Shown here: positions 13,116-26,060 of the stretch, in pieces | Layout: each line of letters starts with the position of its first letter | Position numbering within the stretch: position 1 is the first letter of the stretch | From: Takakia lepidozioides | Taxonomy: Eukaryota; Plantae; Bryophyta | Reading direction: 5' to 3' | NCBI GenBank assembly: GCA_030704615.1 | Contig: CM060734.1 | Location: 25,482,001-25,546,000, forward strand | DNA: 64,000 nt | Notes under the pieces: model-generated | The model's database searches: none | What the model saw: the letters and a program-made list of their open reading frames with translations, nothing else | What the model was told of the DNA's origin: nothing | Translations under genes and position numbers: made by a program

Positions 13116-13639
13116 TGTAACTCTTGGCTAGCTGCACTTCCAACCAGATTCAATAGTTTAAACAGGGAATTCCTGAAGAGATAGAGACAAACAATATGAA
13201 TAGCTGCTCCTCTGCCTCAATCTGAATAGCACAGAACAATGCAACGCAATGCATCCTAGCTTTGGGTTCTGTCTACATACTTCTGCAACCTCTGGCAGAT
13301 CCAGCTGGAAATAGTTTCAACGGAATAGTCAGGGTTTGTGCTATCTCATAGGGGATTGCAATCTCTTCCACTTTTATGAAGGGATCACTTGTGATGACAG
13401 CCCGTGCAGCATACTTACCACTTCCACCCAGAATGTTGTGGATAAGGGAGGTAGCAGAAAAACCTTGACCGGCTCGACTGATATGAGTATCATGTGTTCA
13501 CAAGATGGTCGCCAGACAAATAGGAAACGAGTGCAAGGGAAAACTGGAGAGGCCTTGATGTAACCAAGGAGTCGACACTATCAGTCGATACTAAAAGGGG
13601 GAAAGGGAACGGGAAAAGCATGCTTCGGAAAGGCAGCAA

Positions 13640-13757
13640 TACCTCCTCCTGGCTATCGCTATCAAGGTCAGCAGCTGCCACACCAATGGATTTACTTTCA
13701 AGATCACGTAAGGGACTTCCAATGTCAATATTTACCAATTCCTTGCCTGTCCACTGC
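13640..13757 (-). pseudogene. Exon-sized fragment of CRTAC1/ASPIC (FG-GAP repeat) family protein
   Basis: WTGKELVNIDIGSPLRDLESKSIGVAAADLDSDSQEE resembles CRTAC1 LVNIA..LRDxxGxAIGVxACDIDGDGREE. Confidence 0.55.
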
Positions 13758-13892
13758 AATCATCACCACCCTTGCATCAGCCAACACACTCTCTCATTCC
13801 AAGCTACATATTGCACACTACCACTTTTGAAAACCTAAAGGCAAATTGATCCACACAGACCACCTGGAATGTACTTACAATGCTCACAGATG

Positions 13893-15665
13893 TCACGCGG
13901 GTTGTATTAAGCGTTGACTTGCATAATCCGCGGCATGTAGTGCAACTTTCATAATTTGGGATTTATCTCCTTCGCCGCACTCCAAAAATAACTTGGACAA
14001 TGCCAAACAGTCTTCAACATGTTCAGGGGAGATAAAATCCATGGCTAGTTTCACAGATGCCTGCACATAACAAATTTCCGAGCAAAAACAATGGAAGCCA
14101 CACATATTAGTGTGCATATGCTTTTGGCATCTCTATAGATAATCATATATACACTTCCGCATCATACCTACTTTAAATAATCATGTATTTGTCTTTCACT
14201 TGAATATACACAACACTGACATCATGGGATTGCAATCCATACCGACAGATTTCGAACTTATGCGGACAACCTGCTGGAAGAAGTACTGCTTCGCCCATTT
14301 TTTGAACGTGCTCCCATGGCTTCAAACCTGTATGTATTAGAAAAATGTATTGGTGACATCTACAAACGCGTATCATAATAACACACAAACCTTAATATTC
14401 ATTTGCGAAAATGGTACATGCATAAGGAAGAGGTGTACCTGTTTCTTCCTGCAAAAGTTTCAACATGGATTTTTTCAAGTAGAACTGGAAAGATAACACT
14501 GGAGGTTTACTAAATGACTTTGGATTGTCGCCTTTTCGACTACCCAATAATTTTCTCTTGTGTTTATTCAAGAAGTCGTTCAAAGTGTCGACTGTGTTGG
14601 CAGGGAATATATGCCACGATGCTCCAGTTTCGGAAGGAACAATTGTTGTTGGAGTATGTACCATGATGTTAATCTGAAAGACAAACTTATATGAATACAG
14701 TGAAGCAAATGAGCTAACTACTATAAGCAACTTTAGGAATATAATCAGAGAAGTAGAACTAGAAAGAATGTAAAGCACGGGGGTGATGAGCTCATGATAG
14801 TACATACCGCATCGGAAAAGTCCATGTGGAGACAGGTAATTGAATCACCATCTCCCTTCTCTTTTTGTTGTCCATATGCAATGTAGGCCTTTGGTCCCAT
14901 GTCGGTTTTTTTAAGGCTACTAGGAAAATATGTAGTTAGGTTTAGAATCCCTTCCAGATGGGTATACTTTGAAATTGGTAAAAGATCTACAAATTCTCTA
15001 TAATGATTGGGAAACACTTCTTCAAAACTGTTGTTAGAAGGCCAATCTTTTAGTTTTAATAATTCATTCGGGACCTTCGAATCATATCCATCAATAAATG
15101 CTCGTAAAGTTAACTTTGGACTTGACTCCCAAGTAGAACATCTAATGATTGTAGGATTAATAGAGGTAGTATGTATATTAACCCTTTTCATACAAGTTCT
15201 CATTCCTCCGGGACTCCAATCTACCTTAGATGAAATAGATACATCATTTATTACCACAGGTTCTTTCAAACGCCAATGGAGTAAGAAATGCTTCAATTCC
15301 GACTCTACATTATTTCATCTAGAAGATGTGGTAGTATATGGCATTTGTTCACTCAAACACCCCTCCGAAATTGAACACATAGCCACAGACATCTCGTGAC
15401 CATACAAATTCTTGTGGTATGGTCCTTTGAGATATTTTGTAGATACGACACTTTGTTAGGTTCAAAAAATGTCTTCATTACTGCATGTTCGCTGGTGTTT
15501 ACACTACAACTATGCTTTAAGACCCCACCATCATCAATTGACCACTCTTCATGGATCTTATTCTCATCTTTTAACTGTAAATAACATGTCAAACATACTG
15601 CTTTATCTGGTTGTTTACGACATTGGATGTGGAAGTCTACTAAAGAGGCTTCGCACATATCACTG
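13893..15665 (-). pseudogene. KDM3/JHDM2-type (IBM1/JMJ24-29-like) JmjC histone demethylase, compact, spliced, with stops/frameshifts
   Basis: Cys-rich CxxCxxSLVDFH..C..VCLTC, HFxxHWxxxEPVVI, LKLKDWP, GILNL..DMGPKAYIAYG..GDSITCLHMDFSDAV|NIMVHT, GASWHIF, GEAVLLPAGCPH (1-bp deletion before VRNL), and SVKLAMDFISPEHV. Confidence 0.9.
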
Positions 15666-15851
15666 CATAACAAAACAAAGAAAGCAAGTGTTAGATTCAA
15701 ACAAACCAACAAACGAAAGACATTGACTCAACGTATTACGGTGTAGACATATCATGTGTACATGTAGTCTCCATCCAAAATTGCCATTTCCGGAGTATAG
15801 TGGCTATCACCTGCGCCCACAACGATTTAATTCATGATTGTTAAATCATCC

Positions 15852-16319
15852 CTACCATATGATCAATAGGATAACCAAGATTTTCTTGAAATCCAAAGAT
15901 CTACATATGAAGCAAATCATGTCATCTATTTTTACGACAACAGAAGACTTACCAATTCTTGACCGTTCAATAGACAATACTTTTTGTTGCAATGCATGTA
16001 GTTCTTGGATTGGCTTGTACAATCTCAACAAAATCTCCGACCAATGGAGTTGATTCTCTGCTTCTTTCAAACGCTTGGAAATTTCTTCTTGTTGGTTTCT
16101 CAAAGCCTTCAAGTTATCTTCCAATTGTGGAATGAATGGTAAAGAATTTGAAGACTCGCTAGCATGAGGTAACGGTTGCACGATGGTACCATGTCCTTCA
16201 ATACACAAAACAACCTCCAAACATGAAGCTAGATTTGCTTCGGATACCCATACTCCAGGCAATGGTATTGTTTTGTTTCTTTTGTTGTAGCCATAACTGC
16301 ACATCAACGTTCCACACAA
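15852..16319 (-). CDS. Hypothetical coiled-coil ORF upstream of the JmjC gene (possibly the same locus)
   Basis: 155-aa ORF with a heptad-rich segment LEDNLKALRNQQEEISKRLKEAENQL. No family recognised. Confidence 0.3.
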   Translation of the reverse strand: MCGTLMCSYGYNKRNKTIPLPGVWVSEANLASCLEVVLCIEGHGTIVQPLPHASESSNSLPFIPQLEDNLKALRNQQEEISKRLKEAENQLHWSEILLRLYKPIQELHALQQKVLSIERSRIGKSSVVVKIDDMICFICRSLDFKKILVILLIIW

Positions 16320-19300
16320 TCACAGAAACATAAGCAAACATTTCAATAGAATGATCGTCAAACAGATTAAACATAATGAAAACAAATAATATATATGTTT
16401 ATACGCTTGCTTCGGCAATGCGTCCTTTCATCATTATATATGTTTGTGTTCTATGAAATCACAACATACCTTGCAAATTCACATTTCTGTTTTTTCTTGA
16501 AGAACTGAGTGTGTCATCAGAGAGTACTAAGGCCCCCGCCTCAGGTTTCATCAAAAATATATTGTTAGGCAACGGTCTTGTGGTATGATGTGACATCTGA
16601 TGGCGATCATAGTCACGTTTCAATTGTGGTTTCCTTAACGGTCCGCCTTTATTGGTTTTCATGGATACAGGTTGGGTGCTACATTTTCAGCATTGAAACA
16701 TGAGAGGACGTGGGTCTTCAATGGGTACATTATGATTGCTATAATCCACACTCTTCTGCAGATCTTCCATATCACTCGCGAATTCTTCTTTAGTATAGTA
16801 GAAACACTCATCTGTTCCATTGATTTGAATCGTCCTCCTGTAGACATAAGTTGCTCCTACTTCGCTGCCCCTGTACATGTGCACCACATTTATATGTACA
16901 TTAGTTGTTTGAATGTAAATTTTTGCTCAACTCACAATTCAAGACATTCTCAATGATCTAAAGTTTAATCCGCGAGTCTTGACCCTGCTGGATAAATCTG
17001 TTCTCTCACCCAAGAGACGGTCTCCTCAATTCTATCAAATGAATTGTGTTTGTACCTCTCTTTACCAACTTTTAAAGTCTGGAGACTGAGCCAAAAGCCC
17101 AGGTCCTCTTGGGGCCTACTTATTGGGCATACCACATACACATGCTTGTGTGAAGGATTTCTAGAGGATGTCCAGAAAACTCGGAGCAATAGTTTATTTC
17201 AAGGTAAGTCTTACTACCGGCGTCAGCCCCTAACGAAGGTCGGTTCTGTCTCTTTGTGTTATGTTCAAACGTGCTGGGTCAATGGCCACAAGGCTACGAC
17301 AAACAACATATTATGAGTACATTCTCTCTCACTCATTTTGTTGAGGGCAGATTGATATGAGGCAGACCCCAAGGGCAGTTTCCGGATGCTCTAGGAGGAC
17401 CCTAGTGGGCAACCCTTGCAACCGCCATCGTTGATTACTGTCCCAAGGGGCTGTATCCTTTGGGGCATGTTGTAGGACCAACATATGAAACCGAACAAAA
17501 AAATCCTAACCTGCTGTTGTTGATATTGTTGTCGTCGGCCATCACTCTTGTCGCCTCCTCACTCATGGACACCTTATCAACCATTTATGCACCCCATTAA
17601 CAGTTGCATACTTAATTTAGGGTTCGTGTTAGACAGAGCTAGGTTAGGTCCCGAAGGCGCCGCCTAGCCCCGAGGGTGCTGCTAGTGTGGATTATAATTT
17701 TTCTATGTTATAGGTGTTTTGCGTTTGTAATTTGTAACCAACAGTTAGTACTAACTCACTGACGTATTTACAAAAACAATAGTCCAGGAATAAGCAATGC
17801 GAATGTATAATTACCCTTGGAATAAGAGTTATGGTTATTTTAGAGGAGAGATATCTAGTGTAAATATTAATTATTTAGTAAACAACAACAAATTAATTTC
17901 AATTAATCAACTTTAGTATTTCTTTTCTTTTTGAATAACTTTATGTATATGTTCAAAGGGTAGAGATACTGATTTATCTAGTTTTTACTAGTACCCATTA
18001 ATCTAGGTGAGTCAAGGATATATAATTAATTAGACCATTCTGAGGAAATGATCAGTCCAACTTACTATAACCAAAAATAAAAGAAGAGAGTCAAAACTAA
18101 CTATAGGAAGTAGTGCGGCAGCTATTGGGATTTGAAACCCCAACCGCAAATGTGCAAACGCAATCTCTAACCAGTAAGTCCCTCAAGTTATATTCAATAA
18201 CAATTTGTCTATCTAAGTACTTATAGGGCTATTACAAACGTTCTGAACAGATGAACAAAAATATATAAATTACAGCCTGCAGGAGTTTAACCCCAAACCA
18301 CGAGGGTGTAGACTACCGGACTAACCATCAAACTAATATAGAGATGTTGTTACAAGGTGGTTGCTTTTAATTATTTAAACACAATACTCCAAGCTCTCTT
18401 TAACATGGCCTGGCAGTTAGAATTCCTTGTTTTCAAAAATTCATAAGTCCCTGCTATATTCTTCGATTCACTTTCCGTAAAGCATCAGCTGTAACCTAAG
18501 CTTTACTCCACAAGATTCTAGAATTATTTTGTGAATCAAAGTTCATAAAAGGTTTTTAACTCAAATCGTATCTGTTCATAATAAATAAATAAATAAAAAC
18601 TATTTGCAGTCAAGATTTTCCCTTGTTCAAAAATTCATAATTCTGCACTCACCACTTGTTTTCCTTAAATTTGAATCAGATTCCCATTAACATTCTTCCT
18701 TCTATGAGATTCAATCAGCACCTCTTCTAGATCATCCAAACACTAATTAAGGTCTCAGCTTGAAGTTAGTAATTTAAGCAATAAGATTGGATGTGCTGGG
18801 TCAACAAAGAAAACAACTAAGTCACATCCTAGTATGATTTTCCAGTTGAAAATCGATAGGCCGGTATTTTGATGATTAGTCGCCTTCAACTTAAGTACCC
18901 CAGGCTCATTACATGGAAAAGATAGAAGAGAACAGAGCAGGGAAGAAAGAAGCAAAAGAAACAACCAACCAAAACGAGACAATTTTACAATGATTTGGCG
19001 GTAGCTTAGGAGTGCTAGATTTCCAAGGTCGTTTCCCCTAGCGCGGCGTAAATCTAGGACTGTCTAGGATACCTGAAATTCAGATTCAAGGCTGTCTCTA
19101 TAGAACTCCAAGTAGGTATAGAGGGTAATTTTCTACAACATAATCAACTATTCGAGGTAGATTTTCTTCACACGGTGCTCACCCGAGCACGAGTCCCAAG
19201 TTGATGTTGCTGATGGTGCAGGTTTGATGAATTCTGCTCACGGACTGATCTGAATTGTTATGGTACGAACGATCTATCAGATTATAAGAGGGTAAATCTA

Positions 19301-20174
19301 GACAGTAACAAGCTTCTTTACTTCAATCATGCAAGTCTCGGCGTATCACACGACTCACGTCCACTAACACGGCACCTTGATTCCAACGGCGTGCGGCTGC
19401 AATGTAAGAGAAAGAGAGCGAAGAGAAAGAGCGAGAGCGACAGAAAATAAGAACTCGATTGTCTGTTCTCTCTTTCGCCGGCTGATTTATATCAGTCCGT
19501 CGCCCTACATCCGTCACTTGTGTTGACCACTTTCATCCATCCCTTTCTCCAAAAAAATAATAAATTACTACTGGTGCATTTAAGCATCAACACCTAGTTA
19601 GAGTTTTTAATTAATTTTCCCTAGAGTGTTCATTAATATAAGATATAATCTTTTTTGTTTTAATCCTTCAGATCTACGCCCTCCACTTGAACGGTCCAGA
19701 TCGAACCATGTGTTTTTTCCTCCATCCATTGTCATCCGTCCAGAGATCCAGCCCGTAATCCATCCATCCATGGTCTCATCCGCTGATTTCATCCATTTTC
19801 ATTCTTCCTCATAATTTTCATCTATTTGTAACTTTCATCCATCCAGGGACATGACCAACTTAAATTGATACATGAACCGTTTTAAATCCTCATGAATGTT
19901 GTTCCTCATCCATGTCATTCATCCATTTGGGAAGTGGGGATCGCTACCCTTGATCAACCAATATCCAACGGTTCACATTTATCCTTGTTTTCCCATTAGA
20001 TCCCTTTCCCGTGCTATGTTGAGATCGGGGAGAGGTTCCCATGCTTGAAGTAGCGAGTTGTAGCGTTGTTCTGAGAGTCGTCTGCTGGTGAGATCCTCCA
20101 GCAAGATAAGCATATTTTCCTGCATTTGCTAACTTACAAAGACATCAATCCCGAATCATTCTTGGCGCTGAAGA

Positions 20175-20620
20175 CTATTCATTGATTTCTAGATCATACC
20201 TCCATACCATGTAATCTCTAGGGTATTGTCCGCAAACCAAAATCGGAGTTCCTGTAACTGCCGACTCTTTGTTGGAAACTTCCAAGGTATAATCCACAGG
20301 GCAGTCTGGCAGCCATTGCCAACGCGTACTAACGGAATCAAACACCCACCACTTCTGTGCACTTATGAGAGGCTGTACAGTGTGTGCAGGCCCAGCCAGC
20401 ATGTAAACCCATTCCTCCTTGATCTCTACCCGTTTTGCGAATCTCAAAGACGTCGTTGCGGCCTTCGTCATCAACCACCGCTAGCGCATTCTGCCATTTC
20501 TTACAACCACCTGTCAACGGTAAATAATAAGAGCGAGGAACCCGTGCAACGCATTCTAGTGTCACATGGTCTGTCAATCCTGGAATCAAGGAGTTGTCCT
20601 TCGACTAGTCCTCCGTCTCT
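20175..20620 (-). pseudogene. F-box/kelch-repeat protein 5' fragment (frameshifted, truncated)
   Basis: F-box LIPGLTDHVTLECVARVPRS..KKW, then in another frame IKEEWVYML..WWVFDSVSTRWQWLP..KESAVTGTPILVCG..VWRYDL. Confidence 0.8.
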
Positions 20621-21533
20621 GCCATTGCTAGAATTCCATTTTATTTATGATTTCTTAATATGATTTCATACTAAACTTCATAAAATATATACTAATGTAC
20701 ATCAAATGTGCTATTCTAAATTATGATCCGAAAAAGTGATCGACATACCTCAATGCAGGGATGTTGTTGTAGCCTTCAAACCTTCACGACAATGCTAGTT
20801 CAACTTTTGCATGAGGATACTAAACCCCAAAACAACTATTCACCAATTTCTTAGCCAACTAGACTGAAATTTGTCGGAGAGCCTACCTTTGAACAATAAA
20901 CAAATGCAGAGAGCAAATGGAGATACAACTAGCAAGGTAACTGCCGGAGTGAACCCCTCACAGAGTGATTTGTCTCTTACAGCCTATAAGACCAAAAGAA
21001 GGTTCCAGAGAGGGAAAAGAAGCAAAGATAAATTACTCTATGTAGTTGAAACCAGAGTATAATAAGAACAAAAGAAAACACTCAAGTGAAGAGAGAGAGA
21101 TACTGTACCACTATAGTACAATTTCAGGAAGGGTAGGCACTCACCAACCTGCCAGCCAAAGACTACACTCTGCGAATTAATGTGACTAACCAATACACTC
21201 TGAAATTTAACATACAACCAACATACATTAAAATGAAAACTTGGAGCTAGGTTTGAGTTTGGAGTCTTGACAACGTCGATGAAGCAGGTGGGCCCTGACG
21301 ATGTCGTTGAAGATATTGTCTACTTATGGTGAGCCTAAAATGACACAACTAAAATGACACATAATGTTGAGTTGAACACTTACAAGGAAGAGAAGGCGAG
21401 CGAACAAGTGATGCGCAGTGTCAATGCAGTGTCGAAGCAGAGTAATGTCAGTATCCCAGGTAAGCTTTGCCCTGAGCACGTCGATGAAGCACCCAAGGCA
21501 CCAAAGTGGCAAGCCAACAACATTTCGATGCTA

Positions 21534-21635
21534 CAGGGAAGAGTGGCTATTCCGAGGGGGAAATGGTTATTCCCCTCCTTATTCTACAAGGGAAATGGAG
21601 GGGGAAATGGAGGGAGATTTGCTATTCCCCCAATT
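21534..21635 (+). repeat. GGCTATTCCC-motif array (copy 2) starting with CAG, putative left TIR/subterminal region
   Basis: CAGGGAAGAGTGGCTATTCC resembles the reverse complements of the ends at 27571 (CAGCTGAAAAGTGGCTATTCC) and 43310 (CAGGATAAGTGGCTATTCCC). Confidence 0.6.
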
Positions 21636-21695
21636 TCTCGTGCAAGGGCAGAGAGACAAAAGTGAATATGTGTACCTCATGCGGTTCGCGCGGCG

Positions 21696-21990
21696 CGAAG
21701 AGTCCTTGGGGGACTGTTTATGTGCGATACCTAACGGTTCAAAGAGTCCCCCAAGGACTCTTTCTGCCCGACTCCCCGTTACCTAACGGTTCAAAGAGTC
21801 CTTGGGGGACTCTTTTTCCCATTACCTAACGGTTGGAAGAGTCATTCGGGGACTCTTTTTCCCCGTTACCTAACGGTTCGAAGAGTCCTTGGGGGACTCT
21901 TTCTCCTCGTTACCTAACGGTTCGAAGAGTCCTTGGGGGACTCTTTTCCCCAATACCTAACGTTTCGAAGAATCCCCCAAGGACCCTTTC
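21696..21990. repeat. Tandem array of ~7 x ~43-bp units with palindromic AAGAGTCC..GGACTCTT core
   Basis: Unit TACCTAACGGTTCGAAGAGTCCTTGGGGGACTCTTTT repeated; the core flips orientation in some units. Confidence 0.9.
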
Positions 21991-23280
21991 TTCGCTTGGA
22001 AAGGCTCTAAGTCGAGGAGGGGCTCGCAGGCCAACTTTTTCGAGGATCTACTACTACAAGATAGGTTCCTAAACGTCCTAGACAGGAAGAAATGGATTTT
22101 CTCCCTCTTGGTTCATCTTCCAGAGTCTGAATTTAGGCTGGGGTCAGGCAACACAATCAAAATTTGTTCAGAAGGATTCTTGCTTGGGATATTTCTCGTA
22201 GTTGCCATACCTCGTGAATGTACTGATTCCCCTTTCCTTGCTCTAGCCTTTAGCCTTGCGGCCATCGGCTGGGTGACACCACTGACTACCTGGTGGGCGA
22301 GAGAGAGAGGGTAAATCCAGAGAGCTGCAAAGGGGAAACGGCAAGGGTAGGAAGACCTTAACAAGATACTGAGCAGCCGCAGTGCGATTATTGAGGGCAC
22401 ACCATTGAAGCGCGAGGTACCCGCCAAACGTCTGGAGCTGATACGGAGCACCCTCCTTGCTCGACGATCCGCTGCAATTTGTCAACATCGTCATATGCAG
22501 CTGTCGTATACATATCATCTAGATCATGTTCTCGTGTCTCCTCATTTTCCTCCCGTTTCTCTTCCTCTTTAAGTGTTATATAGTGACTTCAGGGCCATAG
22601 TGTTGAGAGAGAGCACCACATACTAGCACATCTAGTACTGTTTGACAATAAACAAGAGAGGTCTCTATATGTCTCAAGATCCTACAGCTTCGTCTTGAGG
22701 TTCTACTGCAGCTTCTGGGTGTGAATTAGTTGGGGAGGTCCTGGGCAGAGAGATCATACCCTTTCAATTTCCTTTGTCCTCTACCAGTTTAGAAGTCCCA
22801 CACTCTTCTGGCCATGTTGCATTACGTCCCCGGTTGGATGTTGCACTTCACGCTCGGGTGAAAGCTTTGGACCCTAGACAACCACTCCCTGCATGGTATT
22901 TTAGAGAGATTGTGGGGTTGTCACACCATGGCATTGATCCCAAGAGGATTTTAAGAAGAATGAAGCAAAGAAGTTGGTAGAGGTAGATTTGCTTAAGATG
23001 TTTGGGCCCAAAACCGATCGCAATGGATACAAGGATCTGGACATCGCTGACCAAGCTCTCCTCCCTGAAATCGAGTCATTTGTACCGTAGGGTGTATTCA
23101 AGAGCTTTGCAACAGACTGCCATTCTTGGTACGGAATTCTGCAGGGGGTTTGTTGCGGAAAAATTGGGGAATGACGTGAACTAGGTCAATTTTGCTGCTG
23201 AAGCTTCCTTGCAAGTTGGTCGGAGTAAGGCGTAGTGTCTTGCTCCGGGAAGGCACGAAATCGAGCTTCAACAAGCGATT

Positions 23281-23829
23281 TTGCAAGTGGCTGACAAAGC
23301 CATCGTCCGAGAGGAAAAGTTGCATGCTCATATGCAACGATTGCATGAGGAGCACGAGGATACACTCTCAAAGAAAAACAGCAAAATTGAAGAGTTGAAT
23401 GAGCACATTGTATGCGTGAGGAATATGGTGGATGACAGAGAATTCGAGCTCCAGGAGGTGAGAGTGGCTATGGATGTGCTGCAGACGGAGAGACAAGAAA
23501 TAACCTCTCGATTGAAGAACTTTCGGTCTCAGTCCACTGAAACCAACATGGCATGGTCCAATGCCAAGATTGAGTTGGATAAGACAACCTGCGATTTGAA
23601 GAATGCCAGAGAACATCAAAAGCTATTGCAATCAAGACTCCTGTGGATGAAAAGTGTGGGCTACAAGGTCATGGGAGCATCTGCAATCGACTTTATCTGC
23701 GCACAACCACAAGTGGCTGTTGATGCAAAGAATGATGCAAAATTGTGGAAGGAACAAATGAACAATGTTCAATTGGAGAGGGAGCATCATATGCGTGAGC
23801 GTGAGTCTCTCTTCACTACAAATGTTTAA
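23281..23829 (+). CDS. Hypothetical coiled-coil protein (part of a degraded, probably TE-borne locus ~22050-24010)
   Basis: 182-aa E/K/L-rich heptad ORF downstream of the 21696-21990 repeat array. No family recognised. Confidence 0.35.
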   Translation: MQVADKAIVREEKLHAHMQRLHEEHEDTLSKKNSKIEELNEHIVCVRNMVDDREFELQEVRVAMDVLQTERQEITSRLKNFRSQSTETNMAWSNAKIELDKTTCDLKNAREHQKLLQSRLLWMKSVGYKVMGASAIDFICAQPQVAVDAKNDAKLWKEQMNNVQLEREHHMRERESLFTTNV

Positions 23830-24299
23830 TGCAAATCGTCCATTTACTTGAAATAAAATGAATGGCTCATATTTGTATTATCCTATGCTCTGCAGGTCAT
23901 ATGTCTTCACTTGCTGAGGCTAGTACAGCTCCTAAGGTTCAGATCCAGCAGCACATGAGACCTCAGGTTCAGCAGCACAAGAGACAACGCAAGGAAGGGC
24001 CGAGCAGGAACTAAACTGGTCTAGAGGTTCAATTTTTGTAGCATTCACTAGAGACCGAGATAGAGTGCATTTATACATTTGAATGTCTTCGGGCAACTTG
24101 GGGTTAGACATAGTTTCTGCACTTGTCTATCATCTCATAAACACGCGTATGAACTGGATGCCCTCTATGGATAAATTTTGAGCTGATTTTACTTAAGGCT
24201 TTTTGTATCTATTGGTGAATATGCTATGTGAATTGTGCTCTGTAAATTGTGAATGAGATGTAGTGTCGTGTAGCGGATATGCCCAGCAGGGGTGCGAGA

Positions 24300-24600
24300 T
24301 TCTGGTTTTGGAGACCTTCTTGGCCATGCAGGGTGATTGGATGAGGTAGAGGACTTTATGAACAGAATGCCAATTGAACCAAAATTTGCGGTGTTGGGGG
24401 CTTGCTGGGTATGTGCCTGACACCGCTTTGTATTGCACAATGTGGAAGAGGAGCTCAAGCAATTGTCGCTGTGCCACCATGGGGAGAGGCTGGCCATTGC
24501 TTTTGGGCTTATCATCATTAACAATATGAAACCAAATGCTGTGGTGTGGTTGTTTTGCTTTTTTTGGTGCCTCCAGACTGCAAGATGCCTGAACGTGCAT
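24300..24600 (+). pseudogene. PPR E/DYW-domain relic
   Basis: DLLGHAG*LDEVEDFMNRMPIEP..LGAC and [28 protein letters not shown] (DYW HxE motif). Confidence 0.8.
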
Positions 24601-25479
24601 CAACATCCCTTCTCATGAGGGACTATCTCAGAGTCAATGCCTCAAGCAGATATGCTGCTAAGCATTTTTTATCATTGCAATGGGAGTCCTCTGTGAAGAA
24701 AATGAAGAATTACATCTGTGGGGGACCCAAAGAACGTTGGTTTTGCCAAAAATCAAGGTTACCTGGTTATTTGTTGGTGCATGTTATGAAACAATGAGAT
24801 CATTACTTTTGCTTTTTACAGTGCCACTTGTAAAGGTTCCTCATCTGAACGGTGATGTTGCTACCCATGGGCCACATTTGGGGAGAACATGGAGAGAGCT
24901 GGATTTGGCACAAGCTGGGGGGGAGTACGTTTTTCCCCCCAACCCCGACCATCAAATGTGTGGTCTTACGAGATATGTGATGTAGACATGAGAGGGTTGT
25001 ATATGAAGAGTGAGTCAGTTCAGTATTTCTCAGGGTTCATGCGTGCAGATTTGTGATGGTCACTCACACAACCCACCTTGTAGTGACGTCAGCATTGACA
25101 ATGTATTTACCCTCGACAGCCTTCCACCAATTCCTAAAGTCCCCACTGGCTTTTGCCATTCCATCCACATTCATCTGTGGATTCATTTGATTTCACAATT
25201 CAAATCTGCAAGTTATCTTATATTTATGATAGTGGAATGCTGAGAATGTTTGCTTCAGACATTACTAGATTTGGAGTAGTTGTTTATGGCTGCCCTCAAG
25301 ACCAGAGAGACCATAATTTGATTGTAAAGCATAGAGGGGCTTAAAAAACAATTGGAAGATGGTTGTACCCCCTTTTGAACGTCTTATGATTTATTGAATG
25401 ACACCCTTGTATGCCCACATTTTACTTCATGAAGGTGTGCCAGATGCATTTGATGGTCTTGATAGCCTTCATCCAACTG

Positions 25480-26060
25480 AGATAAGATTTGGTTTGTGTG
25501 CATGGTGGAGTGTATCTGTTGCTTTTGTATTGGAGCTGTATCTTTTTACATTGCGTTTGCTTGCACAGGTACCCCATGGTTCATTTATGGAACTCTCAGT
25601 CTGATGCTTTTCATGGCAATATATGTTGGCCATAGTGCACGCATGCGAAGAAGATTCAACATCATTGTAAGTTTTAGCTGATTCTCCTCTCCCTGGACAC
25701 TTCACTTTTCTGACCCCTTCTGTTGTATCACAACAATGATTCCGCGCCCTTCTTGGCCTCTAGTGGAAATGTGGATTTTGAGAAGCTCATCGTAATGTGT
25801 TATTCTCACTTTTGCATGTTCCATTCCTTGTTGAATGTGTCAATGGGCTGTTCATTTCTTGTTTACCCACCAATACGATATATAGTTTTGGTCTTGTTCT
25901 GTAAGTTGGACTAGGCAAAACCTGAGCTAAAGCTTGAAGTAGAACACGAGTGCTGGGTGTACCTCTTTGGGACATGCAGGGCAATAAAGGTGCTGATGTC
26001 GTGAGCACAATAGATGACCATTTGTATCACCTCATGTGTGGCTTCTGCTCCCCATGTCAG
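25480..26060 (+). pseudogene. PLAC8-family protein exons (partial)
   Basis: Hydrophobic segment then YVGHSARMRRRFNII, intron (gtaag..cag), then GNKGADVVSTIDDHLYHLMCGFCSPCQ. This fits PLAC8 RxxIRxxFNI.G..DD..H..C..C..CQ. Confidence 0.6.

Noticed and set aside
17750-20150. Possible LTR/internal non-coding region of another retroelement, with tRNA-box-like motifs near 18120-18330
   Set aside because: No second copy, termini or coding domain in the window to support a call, and no complete cloverleaf.
21696-21990. CRISPR-like palindromic repeat array
   Set aside because: Units are contiguous without unique spacers, there are no cas genes, and the context is eukaryotic.
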